DNA of 45,030 nucleotides. It comes from a virus (lineage: Duplodnaviria > Heunggongvirae > Uroviricota > Caudoviricetes). Shown piece by piece: positions 10,180 to 20,160 of this stretch (position 1 is the first letter of the stretch; each line of letters opens with the position of its first letter). The notes beneath the pieces are model-generated. The model was not told where the DNA came from. It made no database searches and saw only the letters and a program-made list of their open reading frames with translations. The stretch is taken from the IMG/VR virus record IMGVR_UViG_2851949629_000008, positions 1 through 45,030 of that record; one strand, 5' to 3'. The translations under genes and the position numbers were made by a program.

Positions 10180-13100
10180 CGTCCACCTCCGGAGAACAGA
10201 CCACCATCACGGGACTGCTGTTGCATAAAGTCCGCTGCTGCTTTTTTCCCGAGGTCATAAACCACCTTCAGGGCAGCCGGACCTATCTGCCCGTTCGTGC
10301 CATCGTTATTGATCTCGATGTTGTACTGCGGGGCAAACATCGCCATACCTGAACCACCAATATCCGCCACAACCCCCAGCTTACCGTCAGCACCACGACG
10401 CAGTGGCAGAATGGCTTCAGGTCCAGCTTCCCCCATCACACCCGCGCCTTTTGCAAAAGCAAAAAACGTCGGACGGTTAACTACCGTGCCACTGTAGCGA
10501 CTCAAATCAGCAGACTGATAAACACCTCCATCCGCATTGGGCGTCACACTGGCAGCTGCTGCCCTCCCCCAGCCAAACGCCGAACCAACCCCCTTCACTG
10601 CCTGCATCATAGCCATCTGCGACATGATTTTTGCCAGATCAGAAAGGAGCGAGGCGGTAAAAGATTTGAAGTTCAGTTTTCCGGTGGTGCAGAACGTCGC
10701 CAGTGCATTACCTGCGCTGTTAAATGCCGCTGTAAACATCTGCTCAGCGGTACCTGCCGCGTTATCCGCACTCTCTGTAAAATTCTGAAACGCCCGCATG
10801 GCACCGTTTTTCCAGTTACCCTGAGCAATTTCAAGCTGTTGCCAGTAACGGCGATTCTCATTCAGTTGCCTGTTCAGGCTCTCCGTCAGCGCCTGCTCGG
10901 CCTTTCTGTAGTCATCCGTGTTATATGTCCCTTTCTGCTCACTATCCCGCCTCAACTGCTCCAGCTGTTGCTGGTATTTCTGGCGAAGACTCAGTTGTAC
11001 CTGATATCGCTGCCGCTGCTGATCACCCATACCCACCGTGGCGATATCCAGGTCATGTTGCTGGCGCTGAGCGCGCTCTTCTTCAGCCAGTTGACTGGTC
11101 AGCTGAATTGTTTTTTTCTTCAGCTCGTTGAGTGCCGTCTGTTTCTGAAGCTCCTGCTGTTTTACATCCAGCAGTGTCAGTGCCTGAATCAGTTCATCTT
11201 TACGGGCCAGCACACTCTTTTCATCTGCCGTCAGTTTTTTCCCGTCCAGGTCGCTGATGCGCTGCTGCAGAGCCAGAAGCTGTTTATGCGCTTCTGTCAT
11301 CCTGTCAGTGGCAATGCCTGCTGACTGTCTGGCAGCAGCAATCTGCCCTTCCACCTGTGCCTGTTGCTGACTGTACTGCAGCAATAACCGGGTGGTCTCA
11401 TCATTACGGGTTTCGCGTGTTTTTTTCTTACCGGATGCCAGGGCTTTCTCGTAACGTTCATTTTCACGTTGTATCGCCGCATCCCTGACAGCCTGGTCGG
11501 CGTACTGCATGGCATTAATACGCGCAATTTCACGCTGATGTCGTGCTGCTTCCGTTTCATTCATCCGGTTCAGTGCAGCATTTTCAGCATTACGGCGTTT
11601 CTGTTGCTCCTGATAATTCCGCTCTGCCTGCTCTTTTGCATCCTGCAAATCCTTCTGGCGTTTTTTCTCCTGAAGATCGTTAAGACGCTGCTGATCGTAC
11701 TCCACCTGAGTGGATGAATTCGTCCACGAAAACTTTTTCGCCCGCTGAATTTTTTCCTGTAAGGAAGCTATCTGCCCATCCAGTGAATCTTCACGACCGA
11801 TGTTCATGGCCGCGTCCCAGAACTGCTTCCACCAGTCAGACAAGGTTTGCAGCGTACTACCCAGCGCATTGAGGTTATTATCAATATCCGCAGTACGCCG
11901 ACCGGTTTCCTCCGCCAGTGCAGACATGGCTATCCGTGCCGCATCACTGGACCGCCCCTGCTCCCCAAGGACGCGTATCTGCTCAAGCTGAGTGGCAGTA
12001 AGAAAATGCAGCTCATTGTCCAGAGCCTTCGCGGCATTTACAGGATCATCCTTCAGCCGCTTAAACTGACTTATAGTATCGCTGACCGACTGACCAACCG
12101 ATCGCTCCATCTGTGCGGCAGCTCTCGCCACCATACCGATATCGTTTCCACGAAATGCACCACTCCCCACCACCTGAGCCAGCGCACCGGCTGCAGCATG
12201 TTGCGTGATACCATTCCCGGAAATAGCACGACTGAGCGTCCACAGCTGCCCGGCAGTGACTCCGGCATAATGCCCCGTCAGCGACAGCTGGCGGTTAAAT
12301 TCTTCCCCCTCCTTCTGACCGTCATACCAGGCTTTACCCAGACCATAGAGGGCCGCGGCAATACCGCCAATAACCCCGCCCAGCATCATACCTTTCGGTG
12401 ACATCAGTGTGTCTATCCATCCGGCACGGTTAGCCAGCGTTATCCCGGATCCCCTCAGCGCCCCTAAATTGCCGCGGGCCAGTTCACCTATCAGAACGCC
12501 TATCTCCCGGCGGGCCGCTGCACTTTTCAGCCCCAGCGAATGCGTGGCTTTTCCTGCCTGCTCCATTTTGCGGATATACAATTCTGCAGCACTGCTTACC
12601 CCCAGCTGGGCAGCCTTAGCACGAAGCAACTCAGAAGAAGAAAGATTCTGGCGGGTTGCCTGCTCTTTAAGCTGACGGATAAACGCCACTTTCTGTCGGG
12701 TAGCCTCTTCCTCAGCCTGTGTAAGAACACGGGTTTTCGCAGTAACCTCAGAAATCAGTGCCAGATAATCCTGCTGACCAATCCCACCACTGTTTCTGGC
12801 CTGTCGGATCTGCTGCTGAATACGCTGTAATTCCTGCAGCCCCGCACTGGCCTGTTTTACACTGTCAATCTGACGATAAAACGCAGCAGCCGCTTTATCC
12901 TGAGCCTCCGCCAGAGCCATGGCCTGCGCCTGTTCCTCGCGCATTTTCTGGCTCAGTGCCTCCATACGCTGGCGGGTTTTCTCCACCTCGCGGGCCATGC
13001 GTTCATGAGCCTGTGCGCTCTTCTCCACCGTCTGCGCATGGACGGATGCGGCTGTTGCAGCCGAAGAAGCCGCCTGCATTGTCTGCCGGGCGGCCTGAGT

Positions 13101-13250
13101 CTGACGCTCCATAAAACGCTGCATACGGGCAGAAGACCGTTCTGCATCGCTGGCTGCACCATTCAGAAGGTTTTTGATACGGGGAATTTCATTTTTAAAC
13201 TCTGCCGCATCAATCCCCAAATCAATGACCAGGTTGGCTATCTGGTCCAT
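10176..13250 (-). CDS. H: Tail tape measure protein (H-like, ~1024 aa, longer than lambda H)
   Basis: Coiled-coil-rich; C-terminus ...INNDGTNGQIGPAALKVVYDLGKK...GGLFSGGGR matches lambda H; likely start MDQIANLVIDL (13250), track ORF starts at 13280. Confidence 0.85.
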   Translation of the reverse strand: MDQIANLVIDLGIDAAEFKNEIPRIKNLLNGAASDAERSSARMQRFMERQTQAARQTMQAASSAATAASVHAQTVEKSAQAHERMAREVEKTRQRMEALSQKMREEQAQAMALAEAQDKAAAAFYRQIDSVKQASAGLQELQRIQQQIRQARNSGGIGQQDYLALISEVTAKTRVLTQAEEEATRQKVAFIRQLKEQATRQNLSSSELLRAKAAQLGVSSAAELYIRKMEQAGKATHSLGLKSAAARREIGVLIGELARGNLGALRGSGITLANRAGWIDTLMSPKGMMLGGVIGGIAAALYGLGKAWYDGQKEGEEFNRQLSLTGHYAGVTAGQLWTLSRAISGNGITQHAAAGALAQVVGSGAFRGNDIGMVARAAAQMERSVGQSVSDTISQFKRLKDDPVNAAKALDNELHFLTATQLEQIRVLGEQGRSSDAARIAMSALAEETGRRTADIDNNLNALGSTLQTLSDWWKQFWDAAMNIGREDSLDGQIASLQEKIQRAKKFSWTNSSTQVEYDQQRLNDLQEKKRQKDLQDAKEQAERNYQEQQKRRNAENAALNRMNETEAARHQREIARINAMQYADQAVRDAAIQRENERYEKALASGKKKTRETRNDETTRLLLQYSQQQAQVEGQIAAARQSAGIATDRMTEAHKQLLALQQRISDLDGKKLTADEKSVLARKDELIQALTLLDVKQQELQKQTALNELKKKTIQLTSQLAEEERAQRQQHDLDIATVGMGDQQRQRYQVQLSLRQKYQQQLEQLRRDSEQKGTYNTDDYRKAEQALTESLNRQLNENRRYWQQLEIAQGNWKNGAMRAFQNFTESADNAAGTAEQMFTAAFNSAGNALATFCTTGKLNFKSFTASLLSDLAKIMSQMAMMQAVKGVGSAFGWGRAAAASVTPNADGGVYQSADLSRYSGTVVNRPTFFAFAKGAGVMGEAGPEAILPLRRGADGKLGVVADIGGSGMAMFAPQYNIEINNDGTNGQIGPAALKVVYDLGKKAAADFMQQQSRDGGLFSGGGR

Positions 13251-13551
13251 AACGCACACCTCCGGAAATACCTTCCCCAAGATGCATCAGTTCTTCGTCC
13301 GTTCGCTCCGGTATCCCGTTCTCTTCCGGTAAAAGGCTGAAATCAGCCACCGCAGCATCACTGCTACCGGACACCATTCTCACGATCAATGCCTTCAGCG
13401 AGGCAAACTGCGCATCCATCCACACATCACTGAAGCTCTGCATCCGGAAATAATCGCCCCACTCACCAAGCTCAGTGGCCGACATTTCCGACAGCATCCG
13501 CCGCCAGTCTGCCCGCCGGAACTCCCGGGCAAGCCGCATGACAAACTGCAT
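13222..13551 (-). CDS. T: Tail assembly chaperone T segment (expressed as a G-T fusion by -1 frameshift)
   Basis: Open frame is -1 relative to G and overlaps the G 3' end; conserved G/GT arrangement upstream of the tape measure gene. Confidence 0.7.
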   Translation of the reverse strand: MQFVMRLAREFRRADWRRMLSEMSATELGEWGDYFRMQSFSDVWMDAQFASLKALIVRMVSGSSDAAVADFSLLPEENGIPERTDEELMHLGEGISGGVRYGPDSQPGH

Positions 13552-13559
13552 TTCCCGCG

Positions 13560-13949
13560 TCAGGACTTTTCCGGCGTCAGCACCTCATGCTCCAAATCCC
13601 CGGCATTCTCAATGGCTCCCATACCGCTCAGCGACAGAACCATCTCCGCCCCCGCTCCCAGGGCATCATACGACCATGTTGTAATAACGGATGCGCAAAG
13701 CGTCTCAACATCCTGAGACTGTTCCGCATTCCACAGTGAGCGGGAAACCAGCCAGGCATTGATATCCATCCCCATCCGCAGAAAAGCAATCTGTCGTTCA
13801 GCCTCCGGCAGTTCTCCCTCTTCGGCATCAAACTTTGCCGTTCGCTGCTGAACAAACGCCAGATATTCAATTCTCTGCAGCCCGGACAGCTCACTGAGCA
13901 CCACGGACTGCTTTTCATAATTAAACGTGCCCTGTTTCAGAAACATCAT
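13560..13949 (-). CDS. G: Tail assembly chaperone G
   Basis: MMFLKQGTF...VVLSELSGLQRIEYLAF resembles lambda G (MFLKTESFEHNGVTVTLSELSALQRIEHLA). Confidence 0.8.
   Translation of the reverse strand: MMFLKQGTFNYEKQSVVLSELSGLQRIEYLAFVQQRTAKFDAEEGELPEAERQIAFLRMGMDINAWLVSRSLWNAEQSQDVETLCASVITTWSYDALGAGAEMVLSLSGMGAIENAGDLEHEVLTPEKS
13566..13572 (-). promoter_or_regulatory. Candidate -1 frameshift slippery site for G-T (GGAAAAG)
   Basis: Minus strand ...CCG GAA AAG TCC TGA; the T frame is open through this site; lambda uses G GGA AAG at the equivalent position. Confidence 0.35.
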
Positions 13950-14006
13950 GTTCTCCACCTGCAAAAAAGCCCCGGATAACCGGGGCAAATGATGAGTATC
14001 GTCCTG

Positions 14007-14750
14007 TTAACCTGCGGCGCTGACAGCCACCGTAGCCACTGCCACAAAATCGCCGTCAGAAGTCATGCCCACAATGCTGACACTGCCCTGCTTCACGCCT
14101 TTCACCGTGGCCACAAGCCCGTTCAGGGTCACCGTGGCAGTCTGTGGATCTGTCGAATGCACACTGATCGCTTTGTCACTGGCTCCGTCAGGTTTTACTG
14201 TAAAGGTCAGCGTGGTGGTTGCTCCCACTTTTACACTGGCAGATGCCGGTGCCACCGTCAGCCCGGTAACGCCCACAGTTTCAGTGCCTTCCTCTGCCAG
14301 ATACGGACGCCCCACACCGCTGATTTTCACTGTGCGGGTCATCACGTCTTTTGAGGCAATGGTTTTACCCAGTGAGCTCAGCCAGCCACGGAAAACATCA
14401 ACAGTGCCGTTGGGATATTTGATACGAAACGCGCAGACTTCACCAGAGTCGAACAACTGAACCAGTTTTTTCTGCCCGCTGTCACCCGGACGCCAGGCCA
14501 GCGTCGCCGAAGTATCACCGACGGATTTCTGCCCCTGGGTTGTCGTTTTCCAGTCTGCATCTTCATCATCGAGATAAGTGTCATCTTCTGCATCAGCGGT
14601 CATTTCGCCAGGTTGCAGATCCTTCACCATCGCAAGACGCAGCCAGTCAGTGTCCGACAAAGGATTCGCAAACGCATCGCCGTTGCCGGTATACATCCAG
14701 AACGTCGTCCCCGCACCTTTCGTCTTTGCCAGTGGATTTGGTGTGGTCAT
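14007..14750 (-). CDS. V: Major tail protein V
   Basis: Start at MTTPNPL preceded by AAGGAGGTGGTAATG; C-terminal Ig-like (Big_2-like) region; position between U and G. Confidence 0.9.
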   Translation of the reverse strand: MTTPNPLAKTKGAGTTFWMYTGNGDAFANPLSDTDWLRLAMVKDLQPGEMTADAEDDTYLDDEDADWKTTTQGQKSVGDTSATLAWRPGDSGQKKLVQLFDSGEVCAFRIKYPNGTVDVFRGWLSSLGKTIASKDVMTRTVKISGVGRPYLAEEGTETVGVTGLTVAPASASVKVGATTTLTFTVKPDGASDKAISVHSTDPQTATVTLNGLVATVKGVKQGSVSIVGMTSDGDFVAVATVAVSAAG

Positions 14751-14760
14751 TACCACCTCC

Positions 14761-15162
14761 TTAATTCGTGTACGTGATCTGGTACGTGATTTCCGCCATC
14801 GCCCAGGTGGCCATCTCATTATCACGTTGATAGTTAAAACCGAGTGGGATCAGGGTGTCGATGAGTCCGGAAAGTGCCGGTATATCATTCAGGGCAGGAA
14901 AAATGGTGCTCTCCATCCACATATCCAGCTCTGAATCCGGTGCCTGTGCCCGGATGAAGACGGCAATATGCAGAACAGCCTGCCAGTCATCTTCATCCGT
15001 CATTTTTCCGGTGTACTGAGCATCACTCAGCCACACCGCCACGGCAGGCAGTTCCTGCGCATCAATAAATGCCGGAAGCCCGTCAAAAAACGTGGCGCTG
15101 TCTCCACACTGTTCCCGAAGGCGTGCCAGTACGACCTGGCGGATTTGTGTATGTCGGTTCAT
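14761..15162 (-). CDS. U: Tail terminator protein U
   Basis: ...ATFFDG.PA..D...PAVAV.L....YTG resembles lambda U; ATGA overlap with the Z stop. Confidence 0.85.
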   Translation of the reverse strand: MNRHTQIRQVVLARLREQCGDSATFFDGLPAFIDAQELPAVAVWLSDAQYTGKMTDEDDWQAVLHIAVFIRAQAPDSELDMWMESTIFPALNDIPALSGLIDTLIPLGFNYQRDNEMATWAMAEITYQITYTN

Positions 15163-15749
15163 CGGGTCAGCCATAATCTCAGTTGTTGTTTCAGTGCATA
15201 CCCCAGCTGTTTCGGCATTTCCGCAGCAATGATGCGGTCGCGGGCATCTTCAAATGCCTGTGTCAGCGGTCCGGACAGCGGGATTTTCACTACCTCCACA
15301 GGAAGACGATTTTTTCTTGGCCTGCCCTGATGGTCATGCCCTGTTGCAAAACGCGCTTCAGGAAGACGCCTCAGAACATGCCAGCGGCCATTCGCCAGTT
15401 GCTGAACAAATGCCCCCCGGAAAAAGTATTTTCCCACTCTCAGTCCTTCACCAGCACGCCGCCGTGTTGTGTTCAGTTTGATGGCGGGCAGATTGCCCCG
15501 GTTAACGCGGATCCTGGCCGTCATTTTTCCTGACGGACTGGCTTTAAACACCCGGACACGCTGACGTACCAGTTTCAGGGGGATCCCTTTCACCTGGTTA
15601 TCTCCCGCAACGGTATTCCCGGCAACCTGCCGGGTGGCAACCGAGACCGCTTTCTGTGCCACACGGTTTATCGCCCATGCGCTGGCCTGTGGCACCATAC
15701 GGGTATCAAGGCTGTTCAGATTGCGGATGGCATTCTCAAGCCCCTTCAT
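15159..15749 (-). CDS. Z: Head-tail connector / tail completion protein Z
   Basis: 196 aa, position between FII-like and U, lambda Z-like size. Confidence 0.8.
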   Translation of the reverse strand: MKGLENAIRNLNSLDTRMVPQASAWAINRVAQKAVSVATRQVAGNTVAGDNQVKGIPLKLVRQRVRVFKASPSGKMTARIRVNRGNLPAIKLNTTRRRAGEGLRVGKYFFRGAFVQQLANGRWHVLRRLPEARFATGHDHQGRPRKNRLPVEVVKIPLSGPLTQAFEDARDRIIAAEMPKQLGYALKQQLRLWLTR

Positions 15750-15760
15750 CCCACACCTCT

Positions 15761-16036
15761 TTACTCAATAAAGATCATTGGCTTACCGTTAAAGCGTTCA
15801 TGCCGTGTGACCGTCCATTGTTGTCCGTCATAAACAACGCGATCCCCGCGCCGTGGGCGGTATCCCGAAGAAAACACCACCAGAGAGACCGCAGGTCCGG
15901 ACAGAGCATTCAGCTCTGCCAGTGTTTCTCCCGGGATCACAGTCATATCGACATCATTAATCGAGGCTGTCTTTCCCATCTTTCTGACCGTGATCGCATC
16001 CATACGCGCTGCCAGCCGGGAAAAGGGATCAGACAT
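15761..16036 (-). CDS. Head-tail joining protein (FII-like)
   Basis: 91 aa at the FII position; RRGD motif as in lambda FII. Confidence 0.55.
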   Translation of the reverse strand: MSDPFSRLAARMDAITVRKMGKTASINDVDMTVIPGETLAELNALSGPAVSLVVFSSGYRPRRGDRVVYDGQQWTVTRHERFNGKPMIFIE

Positions 16037-16352
16037 TGAGTTTTACCGGCACTTCTTCTGCACTGGTTCCGGCATCTGCCCAGACAACCCCGACCAGCGG
16101 ATCAGAGCCGCTGTTAGTCAGCTGAACTTTTCCGGACTTCAGATAAACCTTCTTACCCGTTTTCATGTCATCCGTTTTCAGCTTAGGCAGCATAAACACA
16201 CCTTCGGTCATGCCGTCGCCTGTTTCACCCTGTGGAATATCGGTCAGCGCCACCGCAAAAACATCACCCACCTGCACCAGATCTCCGCTGCTGATGGCTG
16301 CACTGGCAACAATCGCCACCGTTTTTCCTTCTTCTACAAAATTCTTTGCCAT
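16029..16352 (-). CDS. Small head-associated protein at the FI/decoration position
   Basis: Start MAKNFVEEGK; Gly/Val-rich ~107 aa protein immediately downstream of the capsid gene; assignment is by position only. Confidence 0.4.
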   Translation of the reverse strand: MAKNFVEEGKTVAIVASAAISSGDLVQVGDVFAVALTDIPQGETGDGMTEGVFMLPKLKTDDMKTGKKVYLKSGKVQLTNSGSDPLVGVVWADAGTSAEEVPVKLNV

Positions 16353-16438
16353 AACTGTCTCCGCACAGCCCCGTTCAGGGGCTGATTTCAGGTACAAAAA
16401 AAGCCCTTACGGGCCATCAGAGTTGTTGTCTGCGACGT

Positions 16439-16756
16439 TTACGCCGTACATTTCACCAGACCGCGGTGATCAACTGGCGCGACACCGGCGTCAATACGCA
16501 CTTTCGTTGTCACGCCATCCACACTGAAGCCCTCCATCTGATCAATATATGGCGTATCCACACCGTTGAGATAAGCCACTTCAATCGTATCGGAGCCTTT
16601 TGACGCAGCCAGGTAGAAGGTGGTCTGGCTGTTATCATCAAGACGAGGCTCTGCAATAACGGTCGCAAAATCTTTCACCGGGTTAATAATACCGGCGTTA
16701 ATGTCAGCCCCCTTGACACTTGAGGAGCGAATGACCTGGTTAGCAACAGACTCCAT
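16439..16756 (-). CDS. Capsid C-terminal segment in -1 frame (probable continuation of the upstream protease/capsid ORF)
   Basis: This frame stays open upstream of its ATG to 16837, overlapping the last 14 codons of the upstream ORF; no convincing RBS of its own. Confidence 0.45.
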   Translation of the reverse strand: MESVANQVIRSSSVKGADINAGIINPVKDFATVIAEPRLDDNSQTTFYLAASKGSDTIEVAYLNGVDTPYIDQMEGFSVDGVTTKVRIDAGVAPVDHRGLVKCTA

Positions 16757-16791
16757 CGCCGTCGGTACCAGTACGAACGCAGGACGAATAT

Positions 16792-18498
16792 TCAGATGAC
16801 GCCCCCCTCTTTCTGAACGCGCATCAACTGGCGGGCTTTATCCAGCGATGCCACGTCCATTGCAGCGCTCTCCAGTACGTTTGCATGTTTCGCTTTATCG
16901 AACAGACTTACATTATCTGTGGAGATTTTCGGGTTAGACGTCAGAATGGCATAAACCAGATCGGCAATAGTGGATTTCGCCGCACGGCCCAGTTTCATCG
17001 GGACATCGGTCAGCATATTCAGATCATCATTGATAATGGCCTGACGGGTGATACTGAACAGCTCGCCATAGGTCGCCAGTGCAATAGTGGCCTGTTTATC
17101 TCCGGTGGTGACGTATTTATATTCCGCCCCTTCACGCACCTGACGCAGAGCACTGAAGCCCCCCATACCCACACGATGGGCAATTTTAAAATCAGACAAC
17201 TGACCTTTCCGGGTCCACTGTTCGTAAGTCTCAGGGGCTTCTTCCCAGCCCTGCAGAATGGCTTTGTTCGCGACATCCAGCAGAATATTACCGAAATCAG
17301 ACGTACTGTGCGTGAACGCTGCCCCGACCATCTGCATCGGGTTATACCCGGAAACCCCAATCCCCCGTTCTGTCAGTGACATTCGGGCATATTCACGCAG
17401 GGTCATCCCGTTATAGACGTTATCCTGTTCACGCTCAGCAAATCCGGCACGCGCCATCAGCGCCTGACGGATCCCGTCCCCCACAAAATTACCGTTTCCA
17501 GCATAAATATGGGCCGGGGTATTTTTATTTGATGGTGAAAATTCCTTACCCATTTCGTTAAGTAATTTCTCACGGGCCTGCTCAAGCGAGCACTCCGGAT
17601 CGGAAAGACAACTGGCCTGCAATGTCTGATAACGCCCGCCAAACATGGCAAACAGATCATTAATACCGTTTACACGCGCTTTTTGCTCTGCCAGTACCTG
17701 CGCACGGATACTGCTTTCATCTGCGGAAGGTGCATTTGTGGTAGTCGCGGTTGTAGCAACTGGAGCCGTAGTCTGATCCTGTGTCTGAGATGCAGTATTT
17801 TTGTTTTCAGGTTCACGCGTTGCACTGTTGCGTGGCGGAATAATCATATTTCGAATGGATTCCGGCATTTTTTTAAATTCCTCTGTACGTTTTGACTGAA
17901 TACATGCCATTGCCTTAACTTCCGGTGTCACCTGGTCAGCAAATCCGTGTGCCAGACATTCGGCACCGGACATCCAGGTTTCATCCGCCAGCATGGCAGC
18001 AATTTCATCGGTGGTTTTCCCGGTTTTCTGCGCATAAGCAGGCAACAGAACCGACTCAACTTTATCAAGCAGGTCGGCATAATCACGCATATCATCCGCA
18101 TCGCCACCACTCACTCCCCATGGTTTATGGATCATCATGAATGCGTTTTCCGGCATGATGACGGGCTCACCCACCATTGCAATGACCGATGCCATGGATG
18201 CCGCGACACCATCCACATAAACAGTAATAGACGCCCCATGATTTTTCAGCGCATTAAAAATGGCGATACCTTCAAAGACATCGCCACCAGGTGAATTGAT
18301 ATGGAGATTAATGTGAGTGATATTACCCAGCGCATTCAGATCGCTAACAAACTGCTTCGCCGTAACTCCCCAGAAACCAATCTCGTCATAGATATAAATA
18401 TCTGCGTCACTTTTATGACCCGCCTTCATCCTGAACCAGGAATTATTCTTCAGACTGGCCTTCGGTTCGCCGCGAAACCACGCGTTCTGTTTCAGCAT
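16792..18498 (-). CDS. Prohead protease (ClpP/S14-like) fused to scaffold/major capsid region
   Basis: HINSPGGDVFEGIAIFNAL is ClpP-like; Ala/Thr-rich linker; capsid-like C-terminal half; strong RBS AAGGAGGTGGTAATG at the MLKQNAW start (18498). Confidence 0.7.
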   Translation of the reverse strand: MLKQNAWFRGEPKASLKNNSWFRMKAGHKSDADIYIYDEIGFWGVTAKQFVSDLNALGNITHINLHINSPGGDVFEGIAIFNALKNHGASITVYVDGVAASMASVIAMVGEPVIMPENAFMMIHKPWGVSGGDADDMRDYADLLDKVESVLLPAYAQKTGKTTDEIAAMLADETWMSGAECLAHGFADQVTPEVKAMACIQSKRTEEFKKMPESIRNMIIPPRNSATREPENKNTASQTQDQTTAPVATTATTTNAPSADESSIRAQVLAEQKARVNGINDLFAMFGGRYQTLQASCLSDPECSLEQAREKLLNEMGKEFSPSNKNTPAHIYAGNGNFVGDGIRQALMARAGFAEREQDNVYNGMTLREYARMSLTERGIGVSGYNPMQMVGAAFTHSTSDFGNILLDVANKAILQGWEEAPETYEQWTRKGQLSDFKIAHRVGMGGFSALRQVREGAEYKYVTTGDKQATIALATYGELFSITRQAIINDDLNMLTDVPMKLGRAAKSTIADLVYAILTSNPKISTDNVSLFDKAKHANVLESAAMDVASLDKARQLMRVQKEGGVI

Positions 18499-19948
18499 TA
18501 CCACCTCCTTTATCGCAGGCCGGATCGGTATCAAACACCAGATCCAGCCTGCGGTTTTCATCAATTTCGGCCTTGCGCCGACGTTTAACATCATCCGGAT
18601 TACGACCACTGGCGCGCACCCAGTCTGATTCTGTTGCCGCACCACCACGAATCTGGATTTTCCAGGCTTCAGCTTCCTTGACAGGATCAATCCACGGCAT
18701 GACCGGACCAGAATATGTTGCGTTATATAATGTTTTTATATCCACATCCGACGGAATTTTCAGCAACCCCGCGGCAACCACCATATTCAGCCATGCCCGG
18801 TACACCGGACGGGTTACAGCACCAATAAAACAGTCCTGCAGGATCAGATAGCCATCGGTGGACTCAACCAGCTCCTGTCGCTGGGAACTGTAGGTACCGT
18901 TATAGTTACGTGCTGCACTGGAAAAACTCAGACGAGTGCCCGCCGCCATGGCCCGCAACTGACCATTACGAAAAGTTTCCAGATTAGGGTTAGGCCGATC
19001 AGATTTGACCATGCCAATATCTTCCCCCTTACGCAGATCGTCATAAATAATGCCAGGAGTGATATGCAGTTCCCGATCATTACCTTTATTCGTCACAGGT
19101 TCCTCATAATCCTGCCCGTCTCCTTTACGAATATACAGCCCCAGTGCCGCAGCAATGCGCGCCGCTACCAGCTCAGCATCTTCATATTCCTTAAGCGCAC
19201 TGATCCGCATCAGCACACCTGACAACATGGATGTGCCACGCGTCTGATGAAGGCGGCGGGTAAACTTCAGATGCACCATATTTTCAGCGGCGATCTCTTT
19301 GGTTTCGCTCTGTCGCCCGGTAACCGGATAATTTTTATAAACCAAATATTTTTTCGGCCTGCCCCATTTATCCAGAAAAACCCCCTGATTCATTCCCGCA
19401 GACTCATCACTGAGCATGGGCACAAAATCCGGCTCCATTGCCTCGAGCCAGAAAGGCACACCGGCAGTCCGCGCCAGCCCGGCACCTGCGCCTCTGACCA
19501 TCTGGGCAAACACTTCTCCATCACGTAACCAGGTACGCAACAGCAGACGTTCGAGCATGGGGCGCGTATGCTGCCCGGTCACATCCGGACTGACAGACCA
19601 TTCCGCCCACAAACGACGGATAATCATTGCCAGCTCTGTAGCCATATCACCATTTTTCAGTAATGGTTGTGGTTCAACAATGATCCCCTTTGCACCAATC
19701 ACCCGCTCCTCAAGTTTGTCGAAAACACCGATTACCAGGTCATGATTGATGTCCAGAAAACGGGCCTGTTCCCGCAGAGAAACCGCCCCGTACTTACTGA
19801 GCTGGTCGGCAGAACGGTTTTCCCGTCGGGCTTTGTGTGTGCGGGTGGGTTTCACGGCCTCATAAGCGCGAATTAACGCCCTTGAGCGCAACCTCGCAGC
19901 TTTCCAGCCGGGAGAAAAAACACCAATCACATCATCAAGAATTGCCAT
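18443..19948 (-). CDS. Portal protein (lambda B family)
   Basis: 501 aa, located between gpW-like and protease genes; lambda-portal-like. Confidence 0.85.
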   Translation of the reverse strand: MAILDDVIGVFSPGWKAARLRSRALIRAYEAVKPTRTHKARRENRSADQLSKYGAVSLREQARFLDINHDLVIGVFDKLEERVIGAKGIIVEPQPLLKNGDMATELAMIIRRLWAEWSVSPDVTGQHTRPMLERLLLRTWLRDGEVFAQMVRGAGAGLARTAGVPFWLEAMEPDFVPMLSDESAGMNQGVFLDKWGRPKKYLVYKNYPVTGRQSETKEIAAENMVHLKFTRRLHQTRGTSMLSGVLMRISALKEYEDAELVAARIAAALGLYIRKGDGQDYEEPVTNKGNDRELHITPGIIYDDLRKGEDIGMVKSDRPNPNLETFRNGQLRAMAAGTRLSFSSAARNYNGTYSSQRQELVESTDGYLILQDCFIGAVTRPVYRAWLNMVVAAGLLKIPSDVDIKTLYNATYSGPVMPWIDPVKEAEAWKIQIRGGAATESDWVRASGRNPDDVKRRRKAEIDENRRLDLVFDTDPACDKGGGNAETERVVSRRTEGQSEE

Positions 19949-20160
19949 CAGAACCTCGCCAGTTTATACCCCGGATTCCCCCGTCGCCGCGCGGTCAGAG
20001 CCACAAGGCGGCGCTCCCACTCCTGCCGCCCCTGCCGGATCTCAGATAAGTTTTCCATGGTCATCTGCTGACCATTAAAGGTGACGGATTTTCCGTCCAG
20101 CACCGCCATTTCAGCTTCCGTATAACGCTGAACCATGGCTTCAATATCATTCTTGTTCAT
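19948..20160 (-). CDS. Head-tail joining protein gpW-like
   Basis: ~70 aa, ends RRRGNPGYKLARF resembling lambda W C-terminus (RRRGPAGFYV); ATGA overlap with the terminase stop. Confidence 0.6.
   Translation of the reverse strand: MNKNDIEAMVQRYTEAEMAVLDGKSVTFNGQQMTMENLSEIRQGRQEWERRLVALTARRRGNPGYKLARF

Noticed and set aside
10839-13340. Several plus-strand ORFs (for example 11847-12401, 12758-13114) inside the tape-measure gene
   Set aside because: Opposite strand to a long conserved gene; low-complexity translations; no RBS.
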